Assembly: GCA_016929435.1 (NCBI GenBank)
Contig: JAFGIV010000006.1
Span: forward strand, 8,071 to 72,070
Direction: 5' to 3'
Length of the DNA stretch: 64,000 nucleotides
Source: Candidatus Uhrbacteria bacterium
GTDB lineage: Bacteria > Patescibacteriota > Patescibacteriia > SG8-24
Positions 1 through 9,141 of the stretch are shown one piece after another. The translations under genes were made by a program, and so were the position numbers. Position 1 is the first letter of the stretch. The number at the start of each line of letters is the position of its first letter. The notes below the pieces were generated by a model. It searched no databases. It had not been told where the DNA came from and saw nothing but the letters and a program-made list of their open reading frames with translations.

Positions 1-1041
1 TCCCCGTTCGATCAGCCGTTCCCGGAGTCCGGGATCGCTGGCCATGCGGACTAGGGCTCCGGTCATGTCCCGCCGGTCATCCGGGGAGAACCAGTCCGCC
101 GCATCCTCCAGTATTTCCGGCAGGCAGGAGACGGCGGCGGCCGTCACCGGCAGGCCGGCGTGCATGGCCTCCAGGGGCGGCAGGCCGAACCCCTCACAGA
201 GGGAAGGGAAGACATGGAAGTCGGCCAGGCGATACAGGATTGCCAATTCGGGATCCGTGGCCCGCCCGTAGAACACGACGTTCCCGTCCAGGCCCTTCCT
301 TTCGGTCTCTGCCTGGAGGCGCCGGTAGAAATAGTCGTTCCCGCCGATCAGGACAAGGCTCCACTCCCCAAAACCGCGTTTTCGGAAATCGGCGAAAGAC
401 TCGATTAGGCGATCCAGGTTCTTGTGGGGATAGGCACTGCCGACATAAAGGGCGAAAGGGCCTTTCGGTTTCGGTATGGGAATGTCCTCTTCCGGTTCCG
501 GCAGTTTCCGGCCGGCCTCATGGGTGACGGTCACCCGATCAGGGGTGAGGAAGGGGAAATTTTTGAGTATTTCCCCGCGGCTGTATTCGGAGACGGTGAT
601 TACCTGCCGGGCCTTCCTGACCGCCTGGCGGATGACTGCCCGATACGCCAGGTATTTGAGGCGATAGGCCAGCGGTCCGAGGGTCGTGGCCCGGGGAGTG
701 GGGTGGGAGAGCAGGATCAGGTCGTGGATGGTGACGACGAACGGCCGGCGGTATAGGAAAGGGACATTGAAGTGCGTGAAATGCATCAGGTCCAGGTCGA
801 ACCGTTCCAGCCAGAAGGGCATGACCAGCTGTTCGCGCCAACCGTACCACGGGAATTCCGCCCTGACCTTCCTGAAGTTGGGTGACTGGGGCCGGTATTC
901 GCCGAAGTTGTCGTCACGCAGAAAAACCAGGTATTCGTTTTCCCGGTCGATCCTTTCCAGTTCGGTCAGGAGCTCGCTGACATACCGTCCCAGGCCCTTT
1001 CCGGACGGTCCGTAGAATCTGGCGTCTATTCCGATACGCAT
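1..1041 (-). CDS. Glycosyltransferase family 4 (3' end runs off the window)
   Basis: Not in the ORF track. Read by hand from the ATG at 1041: MRIGIDARFYGPSGKGLGRYVSELL...HFTHFNVP...VVTIHDL, later EGFGLPPLEAM, the GT4 signature. Confidence 0.9.
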   Translation of the reverse strand, partial: MRIGIDARFYGPSGKGLGRYVSELLTELERIDRENEYLVFLRDDNFGEYRPQSPNFRKVRAEFPWYGWREQLVMPFWLERFDLDLMHFTHFNVPFLYRRPFVVTIHDLILLSHPTPRATTLGPLAYRLKYLAYRAVIRQAVRKARQVITVSEYSRGEILKNFPFLTPDRVTVTHEAGRKLPEPEEDIPIPKPKGPFALYVGSAYPHKNLDRLIESFADFRKRGFGEWSLVLIGGNDYFYRRLQAETERKGLDGNVVFYGRATDPELAILYRLADFHVFPSLCEGFGLPPLEAMHAGLPVTAAAVSCLPEILEDAADWFSPDDRRDMTGALVRMASDPGLRERLIERG

Positions 1042-1154
1042 ATATATCGTAAGGGCATTATAGCAGAAAACGGATCGTTTTTATTGCGGTGCCCGAAGGG
1101 CAAGCGGGACGGTCGGCAGCGGTTGCGTGTGGGCGGGCCATGTCGGTCGTTTTC

Positions 1155-1616
1155 CTATCTTGACGGAGGTTCGGGAAGGGGAAGCCCGGCACTGACGGAC
1201 AGTCGGCATTGGGACAGGCAGGCCAGCATTTCCGTTTCGCAATCCAGCCTTTCGGCATCGTCGGAGGATCGGTTGAGGCAGGCATTGCGGGACGGTTCGC
1301 ACCGCCCCTCTACGCAGCGGCGCAGGCTCTCCCGTTCCGCCTGTTCCGGCAACGGCTGCTGGCACATTTCCAGGCAGACCTTCAGGCGAATCCCGCACCT
1401 CTCCAGGGACGGCCGGTAGATCCCCGATTCCCGCCGGCATTGCCGGTCATCGGACAGGCAGCGGCGGTCGCAGAGTTCACGTTCCGTCAGGGTGGCCCGT
1501 TCGCCGGTCGGGATCGTCCGTACGGTCAGTGCGGTGACGGCCAGGAGAAAGAGTGCCGTTACCGCCAGGGACGTTACGACAACGGCCCTCCGTTCGATTT
1601 TTTGGCGAAAAAACAT
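1155..1616 (-). CDS. Hypothetical membrane-anchored cysteine-rich protein
   Basis: N-terminal hydrophobic helix followed by 12 Cys in CX3-4CX6C / CX6CX3C patterns. Confidence 0.6.
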   Translation of the reverse strand: MFFRQKIERRAVVVTSLAVTALFLLAVTALTVRTIPTGERATLTERELCDRRCLSDDRQCRRESGIYRPSLERCGIRLKVCLEMCQQPLPEQAERESLRRCVEGRCEPSRNACLNRSSDDAERLDCETEMLACLSQCRLSVSAGLPLPEPPSR

Positions 1617-1647
1617 ACAGTTTATATTCTATCACAGTTGTCGTATA

Positions 1648-2277
1648 ATGAATCATATGTTGAACATCAGCCAAAAGGGACGGGAACCGGAAGCGGGGAA
1701 AGAGGTTCCTGACCGGCCCGCAGTCGGGTACTCCCCGCTTTTTTTGCCCGAACGCCACGGCCGTCATTGCCTCATATACCTGTCCGTCCTGGCCGTTGCC
1801 GTGGGGACCTGCGCTATCGGGCTGTCGCTTTACCGCCAGAGCGTCGACCTCTCCGGCCTTTCCGAGACCGTGGGGGTCATTTCCGATTCGGTCCGGAGGT
1901 TGGCTGGCGGGTCGGGGCATGCGGTAATCGACGTGACCGGCGAGCAGGTCATGCGGGTGTCCAATCCGGCCTCCGTGAACTGCGGCGATGCCGGCGGGCA
2001 GCTGGCCGTCGCCAAGCGGCCGGATGGGGCCGAATATGGCCTGTGCCTTTTCGGGCCGGATCGGCAGTGTGAGGAATGGGCCCTGTTCCGCGGCGAATGC
2101 CCGGTCGGCGGAATCGACATCAGCCAATACGGGCATCCGGCCGATGTCTATTGCGTTGTCACCGGACACGAGCTGACCCGGTCGCTTGTTTTCGGCAGTT
2201 CCGGAAAATGCCTGGTGGACGGCGTGACCTGTTCGGCCTCGGAGTTTTTCGAGACCGGCAGCTGCACGGCCGAATAG
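1648..2277 (+). CDS. DUF333 (putative hemolysin) domain membrane protein
   Basis: NPASVNC...GG...YGLC...CEEWALFRGEC motif, followed by a second degenerate HPADVYC...GKC copy. Start is uncertain (1648 or 1657). Confidence 0.8.
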   Translation: MNHMLNISQKGREPEAGKEVPDRPAVGYSPLFLPERHGRHCLIYLSVLAVAVGTCAIGLSLYRQSVDLSGLSETVGVISDSVRRLAGGSGHAVIDVTGEQVMRVSNPASVNCGDAGGQLAVAKRPDGAEYGLCLFGPDRQCEEWALFRGECPVGGIDISQYGHPADVYCVVTGHELTRSLVFGSSGKCLVDGVTCSASEFFETGSCTAE

Positions 2278-2403
2278 GGTTTTTGGGCGTCAGGAGGCAA
2301 TAGAATCCGATTCGTCGGATTTTTTTGTCGGCCTTGACATTGTCGTTTTCGGCGGGCAAGGTTAGGCCAGAACGTTAAAACCAACCGGAAAGGAAGTGAT
2401 AGC

Positions 2404-3393
2404 GTGGTGATGTCTAATGATTCGAGTTCAGTCAGGGAATGGATGGCCTTCAATCCGGCCATTGATCTTCATGTCCACGGGTTGCTTAAGGGATACCTGC
2501 GACGCTGGCTGCCGGTGGAATGCCGAACCAGCCTGCCGCAGTCCAGGGCTGGCATGGTGGGGGCGCAGTTTCAGGTCCTGGTTTCCCCGCCGGTTTTCGG
2601 TAGCCGTTTCGCCTTTCGGGCGGTCATGGGGCAGGTTGAATGCCTGGACCGCCTGGTGGGGAGGTTTCCGGATTTGGCCGTCGTGGCCCGCACGGCGAGT
2701 GGCGTGGAACAGGCCAGGATCAGTGGCCGGACGGCATACCTTGTGGGTATCGAGGGGTCGCATTGCCTGGACAGTGACTTGGGACGGGTCGGGGTTTTGG
2801 CGGAACGCGGTGTCCGCTACATCTGTCTGGCGCATTTCGTCCCCAACAGGTCGTGTCGGCCCTCGGTCGGGATCGGGGCAAATCCGAAGAGGGGACTGTC
2901 GGCCTTCGGGCGGGAAATGATTTCCGCCTGTGGGGAAAACGGCGTCATTGTCGATTTGGCCCACATCAGCCGCCGGGGTTTCAGTGAGGCTGCCAGCCTG
3001 ATCCGGGGGCCGTTCATGGTTTCCCATACCGGCGTTCGGGCCGTCCATGACCATGACCGGAACCTGGATGACGACCAGATCCGCCTGGTCGCCGAATCCG
3101 GCGGACTGGTCGGAGTGACTTTCGTGAGGTGGATCCTGGGTGGCTCGGAGATTTCCCTGGTGGCCAGGCACCTGGAGCATGTCATTGGGCTGGTCGGGGA
3201 CGATCACGTGGCGATCGGTTCGGACATGGACGCCCCGATGGCTGCCGTCGTTTCCAGGCTTTCCGATTCCTCCCGCCTGCCGAACCTGGTGGCCGTCCTT
3301 TTCGAGCGCGGTTGGTCCAGGGAACGGGTCGCCAAGCTGCTGCGTCTCAATGTCCTGCGCCTCCTGGAATCCGTTCCGCCGCGCTATCCGTGA
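2404..3393 (+). CDS. Membrane dipeptidase (peptidase M19)
   Basis: DLHVH, GIEG, VDLAH, SHTG...RNLDD and IGSDMD motifs. Confidence 0.9.
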   Translation: MVMSNDSSSVREWMAFNPAIDLHVHGLLKGYLRRWLPVECRTSLPQSRAGMVGAQFQVLVSPPVFGSRFAFRAVMGQVECLDRLVGRFPDLAVVARTASGVEQARISGRTAYLVGIEGSHCLDSDLGRVGVLAERGVRYICLAHFVPNRSCRPSVGIGANPKRGLSAFGREMISACGENGVIVDLAHISRRGFSEAASLIRGPFMVSHTGVRAVHDHDRNLDDDQIRLVAESGGLVGVTFVRWILGGSEISLVARHLEHVIGLVGDDHVAIGSDMDAPMAAVVSRLSDSSRLPNLVAVLFERGWSRERVAKLLRLNVLRLLESVPPRYP

Positions 3394-3473
3394 GTTCCTT
3401 CCCTTTTCGGGTATCTTAACCCCAAAAATAGGCCGATCGGCCTATTTTTTTTGACACTTTCCGCGGCGGTCCC

Positions 3474-5084
3474 CTATGCGGTTTGGGGATTGAGGGGAAG
3501 GGTGAACCAGAAGGTGGAACCCTTTCCCTCCTCGGAGTCGAATCCGATGCGTCCGCCGTGTTTCTCTACGGCCGTCTTGCAGTAGTAGAGGCCCAACCCC
3601 GTCCCCTTGGTTTCCGAACGTGCGGCATTGTGGGCCCGGAAGAACTTGCCGAACATCTGCTGCCGGTCGGCTTGCGGTATGCCGATTCCCCGGTCGGTTA
3701 TCAGGACGGCCACTTCCCCCTCCCGGATTTCGGCCCGGATTTTGATGGTCGAACCTGCCGGGGAGTATTTGGAGGCGTTGGTCAGGAGGTTTTTGACCAC
3801 CTCCTCTATCATAAACCGGTCAAAGGTCAGGGGAGGGAGTTCCGGGCGGGAATAGTCCAGTTCCTGCCCCTTTCCGATGAGCAGCACCCCCGATTTTTTC
3901 GTTATGTCGTCCAGGACCGCATTGCTGTCCTGAATTTCCGAGGTCATCTTCGCCCCGGCCTCCAGGCGGGAGACGTTCAGGAGGCCGTTTATGAGGTCCG
4001 TCAGGTTGTCGCTGGCCATGAACATCTTCTCGACCCAATCCTGCTGCCTGTCCGTCAGCTCCCCCAGGTTTCCCTTCCGCATCATGTCGGTCATCATTCG
4101 GATGGCCGAGGACGGGGAACGCAGCTGGTGGGAGGCGATTGAGATGAATTCCGTCTTTCTGCGGTCTATCTCCACTTCAGCGGTGATGTCAGAGAAGACC
4201 GCCAGGGCCCCCGCCACCTCGTTTCCGACCGTAACGGGGGAGAACGTTATCTTGACCGGGAAGGCGGCATTGTCCTTTTTTCGCAGGTAGAGGGGTTTGA
4301 CGGGGGCGGGGGTGACTGCCGTCCTGCCTTCCCGAAGCGTTTCCGCGATCGGCCATTCGTCCGCCGGCAGTATTCGGCCCTTCTCGTCCTCCAGCTGAAA
4401 GGCCGAAAATATCGGCACGTCCCGTACCTGGTCGTCCCGCCACCAGAGGGCCTGGCGGGCCAGTCCGTTAAGGAAGGACACCCGCCCCTCCCGGTCGGTC
4501 GCCACGACCGCCTCCCCCATGCTGGCCAGGAGGGCCTCCAGTCGGGCCATCTGCAGTTCGGTCAGTCCCCTGTTCAGTTCCATCTCCGAGACGTTGTCCC
4601 TGACTGCCGAGGCGGCCGCGGCCTTGGTCCGGTCGATTTCCGCGATGCACTGGCCGTAGAGGTCGGTTATTCCGTCCAGTTCCCCCATCCCGCGGGGGAT
4701 GGCGGACGGATCGGCCTCTTTCCAGATGACTCTCATCATGGCGCGGGCCAGCTTCCGTGTTTTTCGGGCTATCAGGAAATCCCCCATGACCATGGCCAAC
4801 AGGAAGACGGATACGGAGGCAATGGCAGCGCCTGCCATGGCGCTGTTCGCAAGAGAGACGGCCTCGGCCGAAACAGCGGCCGTACCGGCGGTTTCCGCCA
4901 TACGGTAGGCCTCACGGAGGCGGAGGGTCAGAAATACGGCGATTCCGATCTGGGAAAGGCCGACGAAAGATACGGTGAAGGCCACCCGCGAGCCCATTGT
5001 CGGGAACGCTGTCCACCGGCGCGTTTGCCCTTTGGGGCCTTTTCGGTCCCGTTTCCCGTCTGGTTTTGGTGATGTGTCTGGCAT
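3474..5084 (-). CDS. PAS-domain sensor histidine kinase
   Basis: Two TM segments, a PAS domain, H-box ASHQLRSP, N-box NLLTNASKY, G boxes DRGIGI and GTGLGL. Confidence 0.93.
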   Translation of the reverse strand: MPDTSPKPDGKRDRKGPKGQTRRWTAFPTMGSRVAFTVSFVGLSQIGIAVFLTLRLREAYRMAETAGTAAVSAEAVSLANSAMAGAAIASVSVFLLAMVMGDFLIARKTRKLARAMMRVIWKEADPSAIPRGMGELDGITDLYGQCIAEIDRTKAAAASAVRDNVSEMELNRGLTELQMARLEALLASMGEAVVATDREGRVSFLNGLARQALWWRDDQVRDVPIFSAFQLEDEKGRILPADEWPIAETLREGRTAVTPAPVKPLYLRKKDNAAFPVKITFSPVTVGNEVAGALAVFSDITAEVEIDRRKTEFISIASHQLRSPSSAIRMMTDMMRKGNLGELTDRQQDWVEKMFMASDNLTDLINGLLNVSRLEAGAKMTSEIQDSNAVLDDITKKSGVLLIGKGQELDYSRPELPPLTFDRFMIEEVVKNLLTNASKYSPAGSTIKIRAEIREGEVAVLITDRGIGIPQADRQQMFGKFFRAHNAARSETKGTGLGLYYCKTAVEKHGGRIGFDSEEGKGSTFWFTLPLNPQTA

Positions 5085-5155
5085 GGTCTTGTTTGTTTTA
5101 TGTCATAATTATAGCAAAAAAACGGTTTGTCCGCTTCCCCCACTTCCGCAAGGCC

Positions 5156-5184
5156 TTGACACGGTTCCGGATATGGTGTACCCT
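5156..5184 (+). promoter_or_regulatory. Sigma70-type promoter of the CxxC-x17-CxxC gene
   Basis: TTGACA-17 nt-TACCCT, about 130 nt upstream of the ATG at 5313. Confidence 0.55.
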
Positions 5185-5312
5185 TACCCAAGGTAAAGCG
5201 TTAGTATCGGCCAGGGAGAGCCACAAGGCTCAATCGAAGGTCAGATGGCGACGGGATACCGAATAAAGGTCGTCTAAAAATATCCCGTTATCAGACGGGA
5301 ATAAAATCGTTT

Positions 5313-5669
5313 ATGACTTTCGATTCCAACATGGGTGGCGGTCGTCCGCCACGGCAGATGTATGACGTTTCCGCGATGGGCCTGAAGTGCGCCGGCTGCG
5401 GTGCGGACATCACCGAGCTGCCGTTCCAGCCGACCGGAGACCGTCCGGTCTACTGCCGGGACTGCAAGCGCCAGAACAGCGGAAGCGGATCCGGTTTCAG
5501 CGCCCGCCCGCAGCGGCAGATGTATGACGTTTCCGCGATGGGCCTGAAGTGCGCCGGTTGCGGTGTTGACATCACCGAGCTGCCGTTCGAGCCGACCGGA
5601 GACCGTCCGGTCTACTGTCGCGAGTGCAACCGCAATCGCCGACAGAGCTATAGCGGCAACCGGTACTAA
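5313..5669 (+). CDS. CxxC-x17-CxxC zinc-ribbon protein with two tandem domains
   Basis: Two copies of RQMYDV..KCAGCG..ITELPF.PTGDRPVYCR.C. Confidence 0.9.
   Translation: MTFDSNMGGGRPPRQMYDVSAMGLKCAGCGADITELPFQPTGDRPVYCRDCKRQNSGSGSGFSARPQRQMYDVSAMGLKCAGCGVDITELPFEPTGDRPVYCRECNRNRRQSYSGNRY
5352..5617 (+). repeat. Intragenic direct repeat (104 bp x 2, period 162 bp)
   Basis: 5352-5455 versus 5514-5617, 4 mismatches by eye. Confidence 0.9.
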
Positions 5670-5809
5670 GCAAAACCCAAGGTTTTCGCCGCCCCCCTCG
5701 GGGGGCGGTTTTTGGTATCGCGTGCGGCTTACGCCGGCCCCTGCCCCGTCCTTTCGCGCAAGTCCCGTTTCTGGTATCCTAACGTCGATTTAGGAGTAAC
5801 CAACATCGC

Positions 5810-6181
5810 ATGAAAGACATCAGCCAGGTCTATTTCAGGACCCAAGAGAAGAAAAAGAGGAAAAACGAGCTTTCCAAGATGATTCGGGACGAGCTGTCCC
5901 ATAACGGCGAGTACCAGCAGCTGACCGAGGAACTGCGGATCCTGCGGGATAAGAGGAAATCCATCGAGAACGGGGTAAGGGCCGACCTGTCGGATGCCGG
6001 GGAGATAGATGTCCTGAAGATGGAGATTGGGGCGGCCCAGGAGCTGATGTCGGACATTGCCCTGACCATGTACGCCAGCGGCCAGACGGTCGAGATCCGG
6101 GATGACGAGCTGGGGGTCAGGATGACCCCGGTGTTCTCTGTCCGGTTCAGGAAGGAAAACATCGAGTCCGACCGGCCATAA
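5810..6181 (+). CDS. Hypothetical coiled-coil protein
   Basis: 123-aa ORF, AGGAG upstream, host-like codon usage. Confidence 0.75.
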   Translation: MKDISQVYFRTQEKKKRKNELSKMIRDELSHNGEYQQLTEELRILRDKRKSIENGVRADLSDAGEIDVLKMEIGAAQELMSDIALTMYASGQTVEIRDDELGVRMTPVFSVRFRKENIESDRP

Positions 6182-6313
6182 CCCCTTCCGTTAATGGAAG
6201 GCCGGAAACCATGGCGAAACCGCCGTGGTTTTTGGAGGCCGCTCTTTCGGGAGCCCCGGGATTACGGTTATTTTCCGCCGTGTGGTAACATTGAATACAG
6301 GTCCGTTTTGATT

Positions 6314-7372
6314 ATGGAATACGTCATTGTGGCGGTCTTGCTGTCCCTGTCGGCGGTTTTTTCCGGCCTGACTTTGGGGCTGCTCTCCCTGGACAAGCAC
6401 GAACTGGAAAGGAAGATGATCCTGGGCGACCGTCAGGCCGCCCGGATTTTTGCCGTCAGGAAACGGGGCAACCTGCTGCTCTGCACCCTGCTTTTGGGAA
6501 ACGTGGCCGTCAACACCTCCATAGCCATCGTCATGAACAGCGTTGCCGGCGGCTTGGTGGCCGGCATCGTTTCGACCATCCTGATCGTTGCCTTTGGGGA
6601 GATACTTCCCCAGGCCATTGTTCCCCGTTTTGCCATGTCTGTGGGGTCTAGGTTGGCTTGGCTGGTCCGAATCGCCACCATCATCCTCTATCCGATCGTC
6701 TGGCCTCTGGCGTGGGTCTTGGACCGGGTGTTGGGGGATGAGGTGCCGACCATCTACTCCAAACGGGAATTGGTGAAGATAATGGAGGAACACGAGGTTT
6801 CCAGGCAGAGCGATGTCGATGAGGACGAGTACCGGATCGTCAAGGGCGCCCTGTCCTATTCCGACAGGACGGCCGAGGATGTCATGACCCCCCGGACGGT
6901 CCTTTATGCCCTGGATGCCGATACCCGCTTTGACATGGTTGTCCTGGCCGATATCCGGGAAAACGGCTTCACCAGGATTCCGGTTTACGAGGGGGAGATC
7001 GATCGGGTGGTCGGCCTGCTGTATGTCAAGAAGCTGATCGGGGCAGATGTCATGGGAAAGAGGATCGGCGATGTCTGCCAGTCGACCGGCCTGCTGACCG
7101 TCAACGACGAGACCAAGCTGGACAGCGTCCTGAACTCGATGCTCCGGACGAAGAACCACATGGCTTTCGTGACGGACGATTACGGCGGGTTGAGCGGCAT
7201 TGTCACCATGGAGGACATCATGGAGGAAATCATCGATTCCGAGATCATGGACGAGACGGATGACGTCCGGGATATGCAGGAATACGCCAAGGAAAAGGAA
7301 AGGCGGATCGGAAGGCAACGGCCGGTTGCCGGGAAAGAGGCCAGACGTCACCGGAAAAGGACCGGAAGCTAA
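6314..7372 (+). CDS. CNNM/DUF21 + CBS domain protein (CorC/TlyC family)
   Basis: SAVFSGLTLGLLSL, LLCTLLLGN, FGEILPQ, DVMTPR, FTRIPVY, GIVTMEDIMEEI. Start taken at MEYVIV. Confidence 0.92.
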   Translation: MEYVIVAVLLSLSAVFSGLTLGLLSLDKHELERKMILGDRQAARIFAVRKRGNLLLCTLLLGNVAVNTSIAIVMNSVAGGLVAGIVSTILIVAFGEILPQAIVPRFAMSVGSRLAWLVRIATIILYPIVWPLAWVLDRVLGDEVPTIYSKRELVKIMEEHEVSRQSDVDEDEYRIVKGALSYSDRTAEDVMTPRTVLYALDADTRFDMVVLADIRENGFTRIPVYEGEIDRVVGLLYVKKLIGADVMGKRIGDVCQSTGLLTVNDETKLDSVLNSMLRTKNHMAFVTDDYGGLSGIVTMEDIMEEIIDSEIMDETDDVRDMQEYAKEKERRIGRQRPVAGKEARRHRKRTGS

Positions 7373-7522
7373 GGGGGGACCGCCGGGTTTCCGAATGGGA
7401 TGCCCGGCTTTTTTTTTGTGCCCGTAGCGCCCGAAAAACCGCTGTTCGCCCGGGGGAGGCCGCCGCCACCCGCCTGCCGTCTCTTGCCATTTTCGGCGGC
7501 GGTGTGGTAAACCCTATCCGCC

Positions 7523-8146
7523 ATGGTCATATACGTGGACGAATCGGGGAATTTCGGGAAGGCGGGCCGGTATTTCGTGGTGGCCGCCCTTTTGCCTGAC
7601 CGCCCGAAAAGGATCAGGAACATGGTCGGCCGGTGCTGTGTCCGTTTCGGGGGAGGGAAACCCCTCCCGGAGATAAAGGGGACCCGCCTGGGGTTCCCGC
7701 AGCGGCAGGAATTCCTGCTGAAGATGGTTTCCCGTTCGGATTTCCAGTTTTCCTACATCGTTGCCGACAAGTGCCACATCCAACCCGATCTCCTGGACAG
7801 GCAGAACATCCTGTTCAATTACCTGACCAGCATCCTGTTGCGCCCGTTCATCCGGAACGCCCGGGAGGATGTCCAGGTCGTCATGGATAACCGCAGCCGG
7901 AAGGTTTCCCACGGGAACATGCTGGAGCAGTACCTGCGGATGGAGGCTGCCGTCAAGTGGGGGTTTTGCCATTGCCTGGACGTTTCCTACGGGGATTCCC
8001 GTTCCGTCCGAAACATTCAGGCGGCCGATGTGATATCCAATACGGTTTTCCAGTTCCATGAGCGGTCCAACCGCCACTGCTACCGCCTGATCCGGCCTTT
8101 CCTGCGGCACGGCCACCTCTTTCCCTTCGGCCGGTTCGGCAGCTGA
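7523..8146 (+). CDS. DUF3800 domain protein (RNase H-like fold)
   Basis: IYVDESGN, EIKG, and DS...IQAADVISN motifs. Confidence 0.88.
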   Translation: MVIYVDESGNFGKAGRYFVVAALLPDRPKRIRNMVGRCCVRFGGGKPLPEIKGTRLGFPQRQEFLLKMVSRSDFQFSYIVADKCHIQPDLLDRQNILFNYLTSILLRPFIRNAREDVQVVMDNRSRKVSHGNMLEQYLRMEAAVKWGFCHCLDVSYGDSRSVRNIQAADVISNTVFQFHERSNRHCYRLIRPFLRHGHLFPFGRFGS

Positions 8147-8184
8147 CCGGACTGGACAGAACGGTGGGTGTCGGGTATGTTTCG

Positions 8185-8278
8185 GACGGCATGAGTCTTG
8201 TGCGGAGCCCTTGGGGTAAGTGGCGTATGCCGTCACCGAAGCGCAAGCGGCCAAAAAGCGCCCTGCGGGGCGCTTTTC
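8185..8278 (+). ncRNA. Candidate DUF3800-associated structured RNA
   Basis: Own promoter TGGACA(8153)-17-TATGTT(8176). GACGGCAT pairs with ATGCCGTC around a CCCTTGGGG core. Terminator-like hairpin AAAAGCGCCCTGCGGGGCGCTTTT follows. Confidence 0.55.
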
Positions 8279-8306
8279 GGTTGGCGGGGTTTTGCGTCTG
8301 GCAAGG

Positions 8307-8513
8307 TCAGTCCGCAAATAGGGGAACGATCAGGTAGATTGCCAGTGCCGCTATCCCCATGATCACCATGCATAGGGCCATGACGATGGCCTCGTCGGCC
8401 CAGTCCGTCTTCGGTTCGTGCCAATCGAACCGCCGGTCGTCCGGCCCGTTTGCCCGGTCCTCGTCACGGTATCGGATGGAATCCCTCCTGTCCGTCCTTT
8501 TTCTGTCGAACAT
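8307..8513 (-). CDS. Small single-pass membrane protein
   Basis: MFDRKRTD...EAIVMALCMVIMGIAALAIYLIVPLFAD. Confidence 0.55.
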   Translation of the reverse strand: MFDRKRTDRRDSIRYRDEDRANGPDDRRFDWHEPKTDWADEAIVMALCMVIMGIAALAIYLIVPLFAD

Positions 8514-8864
8514 ACCCCCGCTTCGGTTATTTCGGGGAACACAAATGGCTCCCCGAGCCGGCGACGAGACCTTTCGGTTTCGTCCCATACCCTTTCGGGC
8601 ATGGACCACGCAAATAGTGCCGGTCAGGAGACCGTCTCTGTCTGCGTGGGTTTGCGGCCATGCCCCGCATAGGCGGGGTTTAGGCCATTCGGTTGTCTTT
8701 CCTTATTCGGTCGTTTCGTTTTTCTCATTATAACCGACAGTGCCCGTCCGGGGAAGGGGGTTGTTTTTTCGCCATTTCATGCGGTTTTTGCGGGTCTTGA
8801 CGAACGGTTTCCGTTTTCGGTATATTTTTCGTGATAATTCACCTAATGCATCAATTGCCCAAAT

Positions 8865-9014
8865 ATGGACGATGACATGCGCGACGACGACATCCTCGAG
8901 GAGGATGGGACGGAAGGGGTCGAAGAGGACCTGGATGGCGTCGAGGAAACGGACCCTGAGGCGGATGCCGACGGCGGGGACGTGGACGATGACATGGATG
9001 ACGACGAGCTTTAG
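8865..9014 (+). CDS. Small, very acidic protein (49 aa)
   Basis: Below the ORF-track cutoff: MDDDMRDDDILEEDGTEGVEEDLDGVEETDPEADADGGDVDDDMDDDEL. Promoter TTGACG-18-TATATT upstream, hairpin downstream. Confidence 0.7.
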   Translation: MDDDMRDDDILEEDGTEGVEEDLDGVEETDPEADADGGDVDDDMDDDEL

Positions 9015-9141
9015 GCCGTTGGGCATCTGAAGACGACCGGAACGGGCGAACCCGTTCCGGTTTTCGTTACCCGCCAATACGCCCACGGTTGGGGAAGGGG
9101 AGGGAACGGCGTTGCCCGTGAGGTTTCGGTAGGTTCCTTAA

